Counted from the first letter of the stretch, positions 28,329 to 41,013 are shown. The stretch is DNA of 64,000 nucleotides from Octopus sinensis (GCF_006345805.1 NC_043001.1:91326001-91390000); one strand, 5' to 3'. The notes: generated from the letters alone by a model not told the origin. Translations and numbers: made by a program.

Positions 28329-28393
28329 ACATATTTATTATATAACATATATATTTGTATATACTATATATTATATATATATTTATACATATA

Positions 28394-28440
<47 letters not shown>

Positions 28441-28462
28441 CACATATTTATATACACATATA

Positions 28463-28850
28463 GGCGCAGGAGTGGCTGTGTGGTAAGTAGATTGCTAACC
28501 AACCACATGGTTCCGGGTTCAGTCCCACTGCGTGGCATCTTGGGCAAGTGTCTTCTGCTATAGCCCCTGGCCGACCAATGCCTTGTGAGTGGATTTGGTA
28601 GACGGAAACTGAAAGAAGCTTGTCGTATATATGTATATATATATATATGTATATGTGTGTGTATGTGTTTGTGTGTCTGTGTTTGTCCCCCTAGCATTGC
28701 TTGACAACCGATGCTGGTGTGTTTACGTCCCCGTCACTTAGCGGTTCGGCAAAAGAGACCGATAGAATAAGCACTGGGCTTACAAAGAATAAGTCCCGGG
28801 GTCGATTTGCTCGACTAAAGCGGTGCTCCAGTATGGCCGCAGTCAAAGAT
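28463..28850 (+). mobile_element. SINE family B full-length copy
   Basis: As other family B copies. Confidence 0.85.
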
Positions 28851-29092
28851 ATATATTTATATATATATATATTTATATACATATATATATATATATATAT
28901 ATTTATATACACACATTATATATATATATATATTTATATACACATATATATATATATATATATTTATATACACATATTTATATACATATATATTATATAT
29001 ATATTCATATATATATATGTAGGTCCCGGTTTGAGTCGGGGTTAACCACAGTAAATAAGGTACTCAATACATAGCAGAGTAAATTAATTTAT

Positions 29093-29203
29093 TTTTATAG
29101 AAGGAGCTTCTACAGGACTAGAACTGTTCATTCAAATGAAATCGTCATGATGATTTCATTTGAATGTTACAGTTCTAGTCCTGTAGAAGCTCCTTCTATA
29201 AAA
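29093..29203. repeat. Near-perfect 111-bp palindrome
   Basis: Arms 29093-29143 and 29152-29203 are reverse complements except for a small mismatch or indel near gttca/gttac. Confidence 0.9.
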
Positions 29204-29284
29204 TAAAATATTCATATATATATATATATATGTTCATATATATATATTCATATATTCATATATATATATATTCATATATTCATA

Positions 29285-29324
<40 letters not shown>

Positions 29325-29352
29325 CATATATATATTCATATATTCATATATA

Positions 29353-29409
<57 letters not shown>

Positions 29410-29644
29410 TATGTTCATATATATATATCATATATATTCATATATTCATCTATATATATATTATATAATATATATGTGTGTGTGTGGTGTCTGTGTGTGT
29501 GTATACATACACACATACATGCACAAACAAACACGGATGAAAAAGAGTTTACGTTTTAAGAAATTATAATTAAAGCAATAATCATACAAAAAGATATACT
29601 GTATTCACATACACTTATTATATATAACATAATACATATATCTT

Positions 29645-29970
29645 TCACTTGTTTCAGTTGCTAGATTGCGACCATGCTGGGGCACCACCTCGGAGAAATT
29701 TAGTTGAACAGATCGCCCTTAGTACGTGTTTTCCTTTTAAACCTGGTACATATTTGATCGTCTCTTTTGCCGAACCACTAAGTAACAGGGACGTAAACAC
29801 ACTAGCATCAGTTGTCAAGCGGTCGCCGGTGTGTGTGTGTGTATGGCGGGGTTGACATACAGAATAAAGACACATGTATATATAATTATATAGGATATAG
29901 TAGAAAACACTTGCCCAAGGTGCCACGCTGTAGGACTGAAGGTGGCATATGTGGTTGGAAAGCCAGCTTA
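29645..29970 (-). mobile_element. SINE family B degenerate copy
   Basis: Family B motifs in reverse orientation. Confidence 0.7.
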
Positions 29971-30129
29971 CTACACAGCCACACTATCATTGTCATCGGC
30001 TTTATCTCGTATCGAAAAGTTCAATTTCTTCATGTTGATCACTTCCTATATGGTGATGGCGTTGATGGCAAATTAGATCCCTTAAGAGATTCTGGAAGGA
30101 TTTTTACAGTGATGTTCTGGAGCCAAATT

Positions 30130-30890
30130 AGAAGGATCCTAGTAAAAACTCTTCCAGTGATGGAAAGTAATGATATTCCTCTATTCCTCAACCACAGCCT
30201 CCAGACGACTACAGAATGTCCTGCAACTCTTCTGGACAGTCTCATTGTTTATGTTGGTGAATGCTGCCATAATCTTTGCCTTCAGTTCATCTTTGGTTTA
30301 ACAAAGAATTTTGTTGGCCTCTCGCTCAACTGTACCCCACACATAATAATCAAGCGAGTTAGGTGGCCAGATGTCAGGGGTGGTGTGGTCGCAGAAGTTG
30401 TCTGACAGCCATGACTGGGTTCATCTGCTAGTGTAGCATTGTGCACAGTCCTGCTGTCAGACATAGGGTCTTCCAGCAGCTACCCACTTGACCCAGGGCA
30501 GCACTACCTCCTCCCGGCACTTGATGTAGGCCTCCATGTTGAGTGTGAGGCCGTGTGTGAAGATGAATGGAGGCATAACGTCGCCATCACTAGTGATCAC
30601 TCCAAACACCACGATGTTGATTGGACGTTTGACATTTATCACTTTCTGTACTTGTTTTGGAGACACGGCAAGCCAATGGTTGTTCTGTGAGTTCACGATC
30701 TGTTCGTATTGGAGCCGCCGGCGCGAATGCAGAGCAGTGCAGCATGTCGTTTCTAAATTTCTAGCAGAGAATATTGAGTTATGGTACTGTTTTTCTCACA
30801 AACGGTGCCCATCTGACCCTACTATACTGTGTAGTCGAAAAAAATCAAAAAGAAACGTGCGCATGCGCGAAATAAAAATTATATAATGGT
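30130..30890 (-). mobile_element. Decayed, internally deleted maT (DD37D, Tc1/mariner superfamily) element
   Basis: VFGVITSDGDVMPPFIF.HGL.LN.EAYIKC.EEVVLPW...AAGRPYV*QQD.A.C.TSR*TQSWLSDNFCDH.TPDIWPPNS(del)LDYYVWG..ERE.NK. The N-terminal RHAALLCIRAGGSNTN is joined directly to the catalytic region. Multiple stops. Confidence 0.8.
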
Positions 30891-30914
30891 AACAATTTAG
30901 TCTCTATGTGTGTG

Positions 30915-30945
<31 letters not shown>

Positions 30946-30974
30946 ACATATATGTATGTATGTGTGTATATATT

Positions 30975-31005
<31 letters not shown>

Positions 31006-31831
31006 CTATTTGTCCCCCATCGTCGCTTGACAACCAATGCTGGCGTGATTGCATCCTCGTAACTTAGCGGTTCGCCCAAGTCACCGATAGAATAAGTACT
31101 AAGCTTACAAAGAATAAGACCTGGGAGCGATTTCTTCGACTAAAAGAAAAAACTTTAAGGCGGTGCTCCAGTATGGACGCAGTCAGATGACTGAAACTAG
31201 TAAAAGAATAAAAGAATATATATGTATGTATGAAATGTATGTATTTCTGTGTGTGTGTAGGTGTGTGTATAGTTTGTAGATATGGTTATAATCCAAGCTG
31301 TGCCCTAAAATATTTAAAAGATCTTTGTATATAAATATATTTGTGTGTGTGTGCCTGTATACATACATATAATGAAAACATGAGAACAAGTGGTTTAGGT
31401 ATGATGTGTGTTTGGCAGGGTGGTGGTGGTGGTGGTGGTGATGTTCTTTGTTAACAGGATGTGAGTCAGGGGTGGTGGTGGAGGGGAGAAATGAAGTAAA
31501 AGGTGTAAGGAAAGCATGTTTAATGAATAACACATGCATAATTAGGTGCGGGTGTAAATACATAGACGCATTCATACACGTTCACCAACACATTCTCAGA
31601 AACACACACACACACACAACACATACACACACACAACGCACATGCACACACGGACATGCGCATACACGCAAGCACATACGCACATGCAAACACACACACA
31701 TTCTCACATGCACACACGAGTAAAAGAATAAAAGAACATATATACATTAGCATTAATTATAACGATATAGAATATGGAGACTTGTTCATCCTCAGAATTT
31801 CTTTTCTTTTATTTTACAATTTTATACAGCA

Positions 31832-31886
<55 letters not shown>

Positions 31887-31914
31887 AATAATAATAATTA
31901 TTATTATTATAAGT

Positions 31915-32420
31915 AGAGGCGCAATGGCCCAGTGGTTAGGTCAGCGGACTCGCGGTTGTAGGGTCGCAGCTTCGATTCCCAGACAGGGCATTGTGAGTGT
32001 TTATTGAGCGAAAACATCTAAAGCTCCACGACGCTCCGGCAGGGGGTGGCGGTGAACCCGGCTGTACTCTTTCACCACAACTTTCTCTCACTCTTCCTTC
32101 CTGTTTCTGTTGTACCTGTCTTTCAAAAGGCCAGCCTTGTCACACTTGTGTCACGCTGAATCTCCCCGAGAACTACGTTAAGGTTACACGTGTCTGTAGA
32201 GTGCTCAGCCACTTGCACGTTAATAAATGAGCTGCGACGTCACTGGTGCCAAGCTGTATCGGCCTTTGCGTTTCCCTTGGATAACATCGGTGGCGAGGAG
32301 AGGGGAGGCCAGTATGCATGGGCGACTGCTGGTCTTCCATAAACAACCTTGCTCAACTTGTGCCTCGGAGGGTAACTTTCTAGGTGCAATCCCATGGTCA
32401 TTCATGACCGAAGGGGGTCA
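31915..32420 (+). mobile_element. SINE family C copy plus adjoining repeat
   Basis: Head as at 5350. The 3' segment at 32225-32420 matches 51550-51720 in inverse orientation. Confidence 0.7.
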
Positions 32421-32708
32421 TACTTATTATTATTATTATTATAAAAGTAATTATTTAAACTTTGGGTATACAACTATTAGCATGCCGATTAAAGTACTTC
32501 CACTGTCTGTGGTTATCTGATGTCATCCACAGTTTTAACTTAAATGTAACTGGATCTACCTCAGGAATTCCTCAGTGTCCGTCGAGTATATATAACAAAT
32601 GAGAGGAACAGAAATTGGAATTCATGAGATCCATTTCTAATCACACTGATCGTTTCGAGCCATCTTACATTGCGGGTGGGATACTGTACAACGCAACACA
32701 CACACACA

Positions 32709-32779
<71 letters not shown>

Positions 32780-32941
32780 CAGACTTCCTTCAGTTTACCA
32801 AATCCACTCACAAGGCTTTGGTCGGTCCGAGGCTATAGCAGAAAACACTTGCCCAACTAGTTGTGTTGCATCCTTCAGTGCAGATGTGTCACCCTGGGTG
32901 CTTTTTTAAAAAGATACCTTGCTCAATATACTAAGTCCGGC

Positions 32942-32978
<37 letters not shown>

Positions 32979-33070
32979 TCGATAGTACAAAATAAACTTT
33001 AACAGTAATCTTTATATCCAACTTATAAAGTATCAACGAGATTTGACTGCCATGTGGTCACTTGGTACTT

Positions 33071-33112
33071 GCCACTGACGAGGTCCAGCAAACCGAAATT
33101 ACGTGATATGAG
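33071..33112 (+). ncRNA. Type I hammerhead ribozyme motif (Penelope-like-element type)
   Basis: CTGACGA (33075-81), stem II GGT/ACC, GAAA (33095-98), near-palindromic stem III ATTA-CG-TGAT, AUA cleavage triplet (33106-08). Stem I is weak. Confidence 0.6.
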
Positions 33113-33477
33113 AATTCCGGCGCCTATGACAGACACGTTTCGTCTGGTACGATTTATGCGTGTGTTTTTATGCACCAAAAGCTGAAACTGAAAGCTAATA
33201 ACGCTGAAAGAGCATCGCTGAAAGCTAATAACGCAGAATTCGGTGTTCTGACAAGACATCCATGTTAAGTTGGATGTAAAGATCACTTTTCGGTATTAAT
33301 ACTGTTTCCGTCGCCAATAATCAGTTTTTAAATAATCTCTATTTGTCGACGAACTGATAATAATTACTATACTTTGCTTTATCTTACATCTTTCGCTTCT
33401 TTCAGCCACTGAACGGGTTTAGTCGAACAAATCGATTCCGGCGTTTATTAAAAAAAAAAAAAACTTTTGTAAGTACA

Positions 33478-33631
33478 GGCGTGGCTGTGTGGTAAGCAGT
33501 TTGCTACCAAATCACATGGTTCCAGGCTTAATCACACTGTGTGGAACCTTGGGCAAGTGTTTTCTGCTATAGCCTCGGACCGACCAAAGCCTTGTGAGTG
33601 GATTTGGTAGATGGAAACTGAAGGAAGTCTG

Positions 33632-33673
<42 letters not shown>

Positions 33674-33900
33674 GTGTGTGTGTGTTGCGTTTGTGTGTCT
33701 GTATCTGCCTTCCCCACATTCGCTTGACAACCGGTGTTGGTGTGTTTAGGCCCCGTAACTTGGTGGTTCGGCAAAAGGACCGATGGAGTAAGTACTAGGC
33801 ATACAAAGAATAAATCCTAGGACCGATTTGTGATTTGTTCGACTAAAGGCAGTGCTCCAGCATGGCCGCAGTCAAATGACTGAAACAAGTAAAAGAACAA
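33478..33900 (+). mobile_element. SINE family B full-length copy
   Basis: As other family B copies. Confidence 0.85.
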
Positions 33901-34074
33901 AAGAATGTCACTGGATCTACCTCCGTCGAGTATATCATAAATGAGAGGAACAGAAAGTAATTATTTAAACTTTGTCGAACCATGAAGTCACGGGGGCGTA
34001 ACGTAGCGTAGTATAAATTCGGGGATTTGGGATTTGGGGTTTGGGTTCGCTTTTGCAAAAATTCAATCAACGAC

Positions 34075-34108
34075 TATCACCACCACCACCACCACCACCA
34101 CCACCACC

Positions 34109-34164
<56 letters not shown>

Positions 34165-34320
34165 TACCTCTATCACTATCACACTATCATCACTACTACC
34201 ACCGACCCCACCACCATCATCACTACCATCGTAACAATCACCCCCGCTACCATTTGCCACCACCACCACTGCCACCACCACTACCACTGCCGCCGCTACT
34301 ACCACCATCACTGCCACTAT
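34075..34320. repeat. (CAC)n(AAC)n compound triplet repeat
   Basis: Seen directly. Confidence 0.9.
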
Positions 34321-34800
34321 CAACGTCCAAACACTATTAAGTAATACATCTCAAATGATTTTGGCACACCACACATCATCTTAAGCCCACGTTTCAAACA
34401 TTCTCAGGTGAACACTGCTGTTTTGGTTAATTTTTATCTTCAATATTCTAATGATATTTTTACTTATCGTTAGCAAATCTGATCTTCATATTGTTGTTGG
34501 TATTGTTGTTATTATTATTGCTGCTGCTGCTGTCGTTTCAGTTCCATTGACTAATTTAGGAGCCGATTTTTGCGAAATTAATTCATTCTGAACATTATCT
34601 TGTAAGAAATTGGCACCTAAACAAGCTATCTTATCCACTATACACACACACACACACACACTAAAAACCACTTGTATACATGGTTACTTAATGGAGTATA
34701 TTGTTTCATAAAAGAGATAAATGGTCTCATGTGATGTTTATGCTTTTTGTAAAGACATTAGTTGCGTAAATGAAGTGAAACGACACTCACTAGGAATTGA

Positions 34801-35444
34801 GGATCTTTACCTTTTGACTTACAGATTTAAAAAAAAAAATTTTTTGTAACTAAACACTTTCAAACTTCGGACACTGGTAGAATGTGTCATATGAAACATC
34901 TTTTACTCTCAGCATTTTTGAGAAAAACTTATATTTATGAAGTAATTTCACGTTAAAGTAGTCCTATTTCGGTAATTTCAACCAATCAATGACGTGTATT
35001 CAGATGAATAAAATTACTACCGTTGTTTGTCAACAACTACCGGTGGTGTATTTTTCGTTTGTCACTGTTATTTATGACAACCCTAACCCCAAAACCTTAA
35101 CCCTAACCCTAAAACCCTAACCCTAACACCTTAAGGCTAAAACCAGTACAAACGCGCGAACGATGTCATAAATAACAGTGACAAACGAAAAATACAACCG
35201 CCGATAGTTGTTGTTGACAAACCACGGCAGTAATTTTATTCAGCTGAATACACGTCATTGATTGGTTGAAATTACCGAAATAGGCCTACTTTAACATGAA
35301 ATTACTTCGTAAATATAAGTTTTTTTCAAAAATGCTAGGAGTCAAACATGTTTTATATGACACATTCTACCAGTGTCCAAAGTTTAAAAGTGTTTAGTTA
35401 CAAAAAATTATTTTTTAAATCTGTCGGTCAAAAGGTAAAGATCC
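34801..35444. mobile_element. Foldback MITE with GGATCTTT termini, 8-bp TSD and telomere-like loop
   Basis: Inverted arms of about 280 bp (34801-35078 and 35164-35444). TSD ggaattga at 34793-34800 and 35445-35452. The loop contains CCCTAA repeats. Confidence 0.92.
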
Positions 35445-35836
35445 GGAATTGAAATCGCCTCGAATATTCTTCAGTCAATCCACGAGAGATAGCATATGTT
35501 TAAAGCTTTCCAATATTCTTGTCTCTATCGACTATCAAACTTTGTTGCTTTACAGAATGTCAAGCTTCATTCAACAGCATAAATCATTTGTCACATTAGA
35601 ATACAGAAGTCTCTAATGTGTACGGAATGAGACTTTGGGCGTAGCTGTTTGCGCGCTTAGAATTTGGCACGGCTGACTGGAGCTTGAGCCCTGTTTTGGC
35701 GCTGGAGGCAAAAGCAAGCAGGCACAGGCGCGCGCGTGCGTGCACACAGAATTATAGACATACAAATAACGTGTGTGTGAAAGAGAGAGAGACATTACAA
35801 ATACATAGAAACATAAATAGATGCTCACACACATAC

Positions 35837-35910
<74 letters not shown>

Positions 35911-35939
35911 GGAGGAAAAGCAGATGACAATAAAATAGT

Positions 35940-36300
35940 TTGTCAAGTTCCAGGTTCAGTCCCACTGTGTGGCACCTTGGGGCAAGTGTCTTCTACTATA
36001 GCCTCGGGCCGGCCAAAGCCTTGTGAGTGGATTTGGTAGACGGAAACTGAAAGAAGCCTGTCGCATATATATGTATGTGTGTGTATATGTTTGTGTGTGT
36101 GTGTGTCCCAATATCGCTTGACATCGATACTGGTGTGTTTATGCCCCCGTAACTTTGTGGTTCGGCAAAAGAGACCGATAGAATAAGTACTAGGCTTACA
36201 AAGAATACGTCCTGGGGTCGATTTTCTCGACTAAAGGCGGTGCTCCAGCATGGCCGCAGTCAAAATGACTGAAACGAATAAAAGGAAAAGAATAAAAAAG
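35940..36300 (+). mobile_element. SINE family B, 5'-truncated copy
   Basis: Family B body and tail. Confidence 0.8.
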
Positions 36301-37479
36301 TCAGCATCCAATCAGCGACACCAAAACAGCTGTGCCGAAACGTCTCACACCCTTCTACACAACGGCCTGTAATTTAGGCACAAAGCCAGCAGTTATAGGA
36401 GGGAAGGCTGGTTAGTCAATACCATCGACCCCTGTACTCGATTGGTACTTTATTTTATCAATCCTGGAGAGCTGAAAGACAAAGTTGACCTCGACGGGAT
36501 TTGAACTCAGAAAATAAAGGAACCGAGGAACCACTGCAAAACATTTTCCCAATTCTCTGGCCCGACTGCATATTTAGTCCTTATGTCTGTCGAATAATTA
36601 TCTAAAATCGCATTCATTGGTATTATTTTTTGTTCAAACCAGTAGACTTACCATGAGTTTCTGGCATAATTTTCGTATGTATTAGTTTAGAGGAGAAGCA
36701 ACGGCCATGAACTTTATAAGCTTTCAGATCTGGTTAGATTTTTGAAGAAGGCGGCTGGAGAAAAAGATAAATTATCTTCAATCATGTTTTATTGATAACA
36801 TTTAACATTTTGCTTTTACAATATTTACAATCGTTTAATACATGTGTTTGAATCAAAGAGTAATTGTCAAAGAAAGAGTGAAACATAATTTGTTGTGGTA
36901 GGAATAATTCTCCAACGAAGAAATTGTGGGTTGAAAATTGTCTTATCAAATGAGGGACTGAACATATACGTAGCTTCCAGTTGCAATAAGCCAAGTGTAC
37001 CCCCTCATTTCAGAGAGAGAGAGAGACGAATCTGTTTTTTTTTTGTATGCTTTCCCCAGAAAGTTTTCAAATGTTCTAGCGGCAATTTTAGGTGCGAAAA
37101 TTAAACTTTTCCTTTAGGTTGCCACGCCTATCAAAAGCTGGCGTTACAGATGTTTGGCTAAATATTACCATCTGTAGAATTGTTGTTTACTAACAAACAT
37201 TCATCAGTCTATTTTGCCAAACGTAGCACTGCTGCCCGTCAACTATCTTCGTTTTAGAACTTAGACGTTCACGTTCGACTCTCAAGAAAGCTAACTGCTA
37301 TAAACAAGATCATTAGTATTAGGTCGTTGGCTGCAGAGAAAATGCTAACTGCCAAAGGCAAGATAAGTTGTGTTCGATCATTGACTGCAGGGAAAATATG
37401 ACGGTGAGGGAATTTTTAGAGAGCTAATGTTCGTGAAAAGGAAGTAATGGATGACATGGTTCGTGTAGAGTGAAGGCGC

Positions 37480-37790
37480 ATGGTTAGACAATTCGGCTTA
37501 CGATCGTAAGGTTGTGAGTTCGATCTCCAGTTGCGCGTTATGTCCTTGAGCAAGACATTCTATTTCACGTTGTTCCAGTGCACTCAGCTGGCAAAAATGA
37601 GTCGTACCTGTATTTTAAAGGGACCAGCCTTGTTTACACTGTGTCTCACGCTGAATCTCCTTCCGAACTACGTTAAGGGTACATGTGACTGTGGAGCGTT
37701 CAGCCGCTTACACGCCAATTTCACAAGCAGGCTGTTCTGTTGATCGGATCAACTGGAACCCTTGTCGTCGTTGTCAGTTAGGTTCGTGTA
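37480..37790 (+). mobile_element. SINE related to family C
   Basis: Reverse-orientation relative of 27140-27455. Confidence 0.7.
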
Positions 37791-39363
37791 GAGCTGTGGT
37801 TCTCAACCATTTTTTAAAACTTAGCTACACACAAGAGAAAATGTCAGAAAAGTCAGTTATTCTTCTACGATCTTTGTAAATTCTTAAATATATCTCCTTC
37901 TGTATGTGTATATATATATACTACCAAACAAACATGATTTTTATTGAACTCTACTTTTTGGAGTCCCATTCTGATTACTTTCTCAAATACTTTCTTGTAA
38001 ACTGTTTTTAACATTTTCATATCGTCAAAGAATGTATTTCTGTTTTTTAATACTTTTGTGATAACCAGTACTTAACACAACAAAGCTCATACAAAGCTTT
38101 ACATTTTACTTTCGACAATCTTTTTCTAAAAATGTGAAACCGGTCAAGTTAAGAAACATCTTTAAAATTGCATTTTCAAACCTTCTTTCATATATATTTC
38201 CACTAGTGCGGTACCTTACAACTTTACTTTGCAATATATATATAATCAAAATAAGTAACGAGGATATCCAGAGGTAATGCAGTACGATCGTTTCACGCAA
38301 CTCCATTTAATTGAACAATGCAACCATTACATCAATTTAAATGCAGAGCAGTCCTCAGCTGCACAAAGACATAGAATTTAATTAAATTAAAACAAATGGA
38401 CACATTAGTATAATTTTACCTAAAATATTCAAGAAGTTAAGGAGATAGACAAAGAACATGCTGTCTTCACTTCAGCTTAGTGGCTACTAAGGTATCAGGA
38501 AGAAAGATTTATTGCAGATTTTGCTTGTCACTGTTTTATAGGATCAGTTTTAATTTATAGACTAGTCATATCAAATCCTTGTATATCTAAGGCCGAGATA
38601 ACAAGGGGCAGTGTCTGTTAGGGATAGGGCTGAGGGAATCGGCAGAAATCATTGTGGGTATAGTCATAAAAAAAATCAAGATTTATTAGAAGCAATATCA
38701 TGAGATTTGGTAAAGGAAAACTTAAATAAAGATGTTAGCTGACAATTAAGGGGGTCCGGCCACTAGCAGATCATTGATAATGAAACAGGGGAAATCTTAT
38801 CATGTAGTACTATAGTTAAATATTTTAAACAATATTGCTATATTTTATAAATTTAAAGTTTAGAGTTATTCAGAGGATTATTAAGAAGAATATTACAACA
38901 AAAGGATGAAAAGGTTATAATATTATAGAAAATACCTACATAGGGTGCTGCACAGTGGGATTGAACCTGAAACCACTAAGCTGCAAGGCGAACTTCTTAA
39001 CCGCACAGCCATGTCTACCTCTTCCAGGGCTTTAGTTGTTGTGTAAATACGATACGAAATTGCTTAATGATGTGAACAATGACTGTGTTTTTGTGCTGTT
39101 GAAAGAGGTTAGGTAATTATGTCCGCATCGGAGACTGTTTTCCGAGGTACCTCCTTTATAAAAGATGTACAGATCTGGCGTGATATTTACAGGTTGTGGA
39201 TGGGTAATGCCTGTGTCTCTGGAAGGTTTATTAGGAGTGAATAAATGATGCCGTCTGCATAGGACTGGACATTGTTTAGAGTTGACATTAAGCATTCCAG
39301 TAATTGTACACGAGGATGAGAGTAGACATATCCGTCTCTAAGTCGGAGCACTGGACGGTTCTG

Positions 39364-39798
39364 GGATCTTTTCGGTTTGAACGGCAGTTTTTAACATAAT
39401 TTCTAGGTAACTAAAAAATTTTAAACTTCGTATACTGGTAGAATGTGTTTATAAAACATCTTTTTCTCTTGCCTTTATTGAGAAAATGTTATAGTTTGTA
39501 AGATATTTGTTGTTTTTTTCTTCAATTTCTGCAATTTCAACCAATCACTGACATCTATTGAGGTAAAAACATTGTGTCGTATGAATATGTCCCTCGTTTA
39601 AGAAACAGATTGGGTTTATTTACATTTGAGAAGAAAAAAGATACCCTTCCCCCCACCCCTAACCCTAACACTAACCCTAACTAACTCTAACCCTAAAACA
39701 GATTGAAATGCAATAGATCGATACTAGGGCCATAATTATGGGTGACAATTTCATATGACACCGCTAGAAAAAAACTGCCGTTCAAACCGAAAAGATCC
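39364..39798. mobile_element. Second copy of the GGATCTTT MITE (8-bp TSD, telomere-like tract)
   Basis: Collinear with 14827-15267. TSD cggttctg at 39356-39363 and 39799-39806. CCCTAA-like tract at 39657-39696. Confidence 0.92.
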
Positions 39799-40624
39799 CG
39801 GTTCTGCTCCCTTACTATTCAATGGTGCACCCTCAGATTTAGAAAACAAAGTTTACAAAAATCTTTCTGCAATACATTTCTCAAAGTCTGTCTAACATGC
39901 TCGTTGCTAAGGGGTGCACTATATGGCACTGTCCCCTTACTATTCAATAGTGCATCGTCAGATTTAGAAAATGTAGTTTACAAAATTCTTTCCGCAATAC
40001 AAATTAGTACCCACCCAGAATATGTTGAAGCACCTCCGGGCACCAAAGTCTGGTGACGGGCCTGAGTGTTGAAGACATATTGAAACATTGTGGTACCTAA
40101 TGTTGAGTACATAGCAAAGACCCACCAAATGCATTGCGTAATTTGACATAAAACTTCTATGAGATAAGAGAGGGATGGAGCTCGTAGTTTAACTTAGAGG
40201 TTTGCGGAGGCTTAACCAGACGCAGTCAAAAGTTTTGCCGATGTAAAGTGCAATGATATTTCACCGAACTTCTCAAAGATGAGAAACTTTTGGTGAGTGA
40301 TATAAGGGGCCTGGTTTTCCGCATATTCAGCATTATGGAAGTGATATCGGTATTCACGCATAGTTGGAAGACGACCTCGAAGAGTTGGAGAAAGTAAAAC
40401 CTGTTACCATCACTTTAAGATAGAATGTTATAAGAACGATAGATCGATATTTAGTGATATTGTTTTCTTGAGAATTAGACACACTGTAACATGTTTCATA
40501 ATGATCGGTATCGATTTCTCTATAGAGAGAATAAGATCGAAGATACAGCTCTGTAATGCTCAGTTTGAGGACAATGAAAAAGAGTTTTCTAATAAGTTCC
40601 CACACACATATATGTGTATATATA

Positions 40625-40870
40625 TCACCGTGACCGACCAGGCTGTCAGATGTTGCTACACATCGCTGGTCACAAAGCGCTTCGCATTGTTTTAGCCACC
40701 CCGCTGGCTAAGCGAGCTGGCCAACAGAAGAGTGAGAGAAAATTGTGGCGAAAGAGTACAGCAGGGATCGCCCCCTCCCCCCACCGCCGGAACCTCGCTC
40801 AATAAAAACTCACAACGCCCGGTCTGGGAATCGAAACCGCGATCCTACGACTGCCCTAACTATTGCGCCT
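40625..40870 (-). mobile_element. SINE family C copy
   Basis: Head in reverse at about 40870. The tail matches 9390-9500, 17805-17925 and 62930-63045. Confidence 0.75.
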
Positions 40871-40971
40871 CCGTATGTGTGTGTATATGTATATATATAT
40901 ATGTGTGTAGTGGCTAACGTCATGATAGATCGTTAGCTACTACACACATTTTTTCTCTCCTTGTTTTCTGT

Positions 40972-41013
40972 GTCCCTTTCTGTAGAAGAGCGTAGGCTCG
41001 AAACGTAAAAGAC
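40972..41013 (+). ncRNA. Minimal hammerhead-like motif with zero-loop ACGT stem III (A6 to U variant)
   Basis: GTC(CC)TTT-CTGTAGA-A-GAGC GTAG GCTC-GAAAC-GTA-AAAGAC. Stems I and II pair, with a GUA triplet and one core substitution. Confidence 0.5.

Noticed and set aside
38600-39360. RGSG motif (Polinton-like) and SYADG motif (RT-like) in decayed frames
   Set aside because: Isolated 4-5-residue matches amid stops, insufficient to classify.
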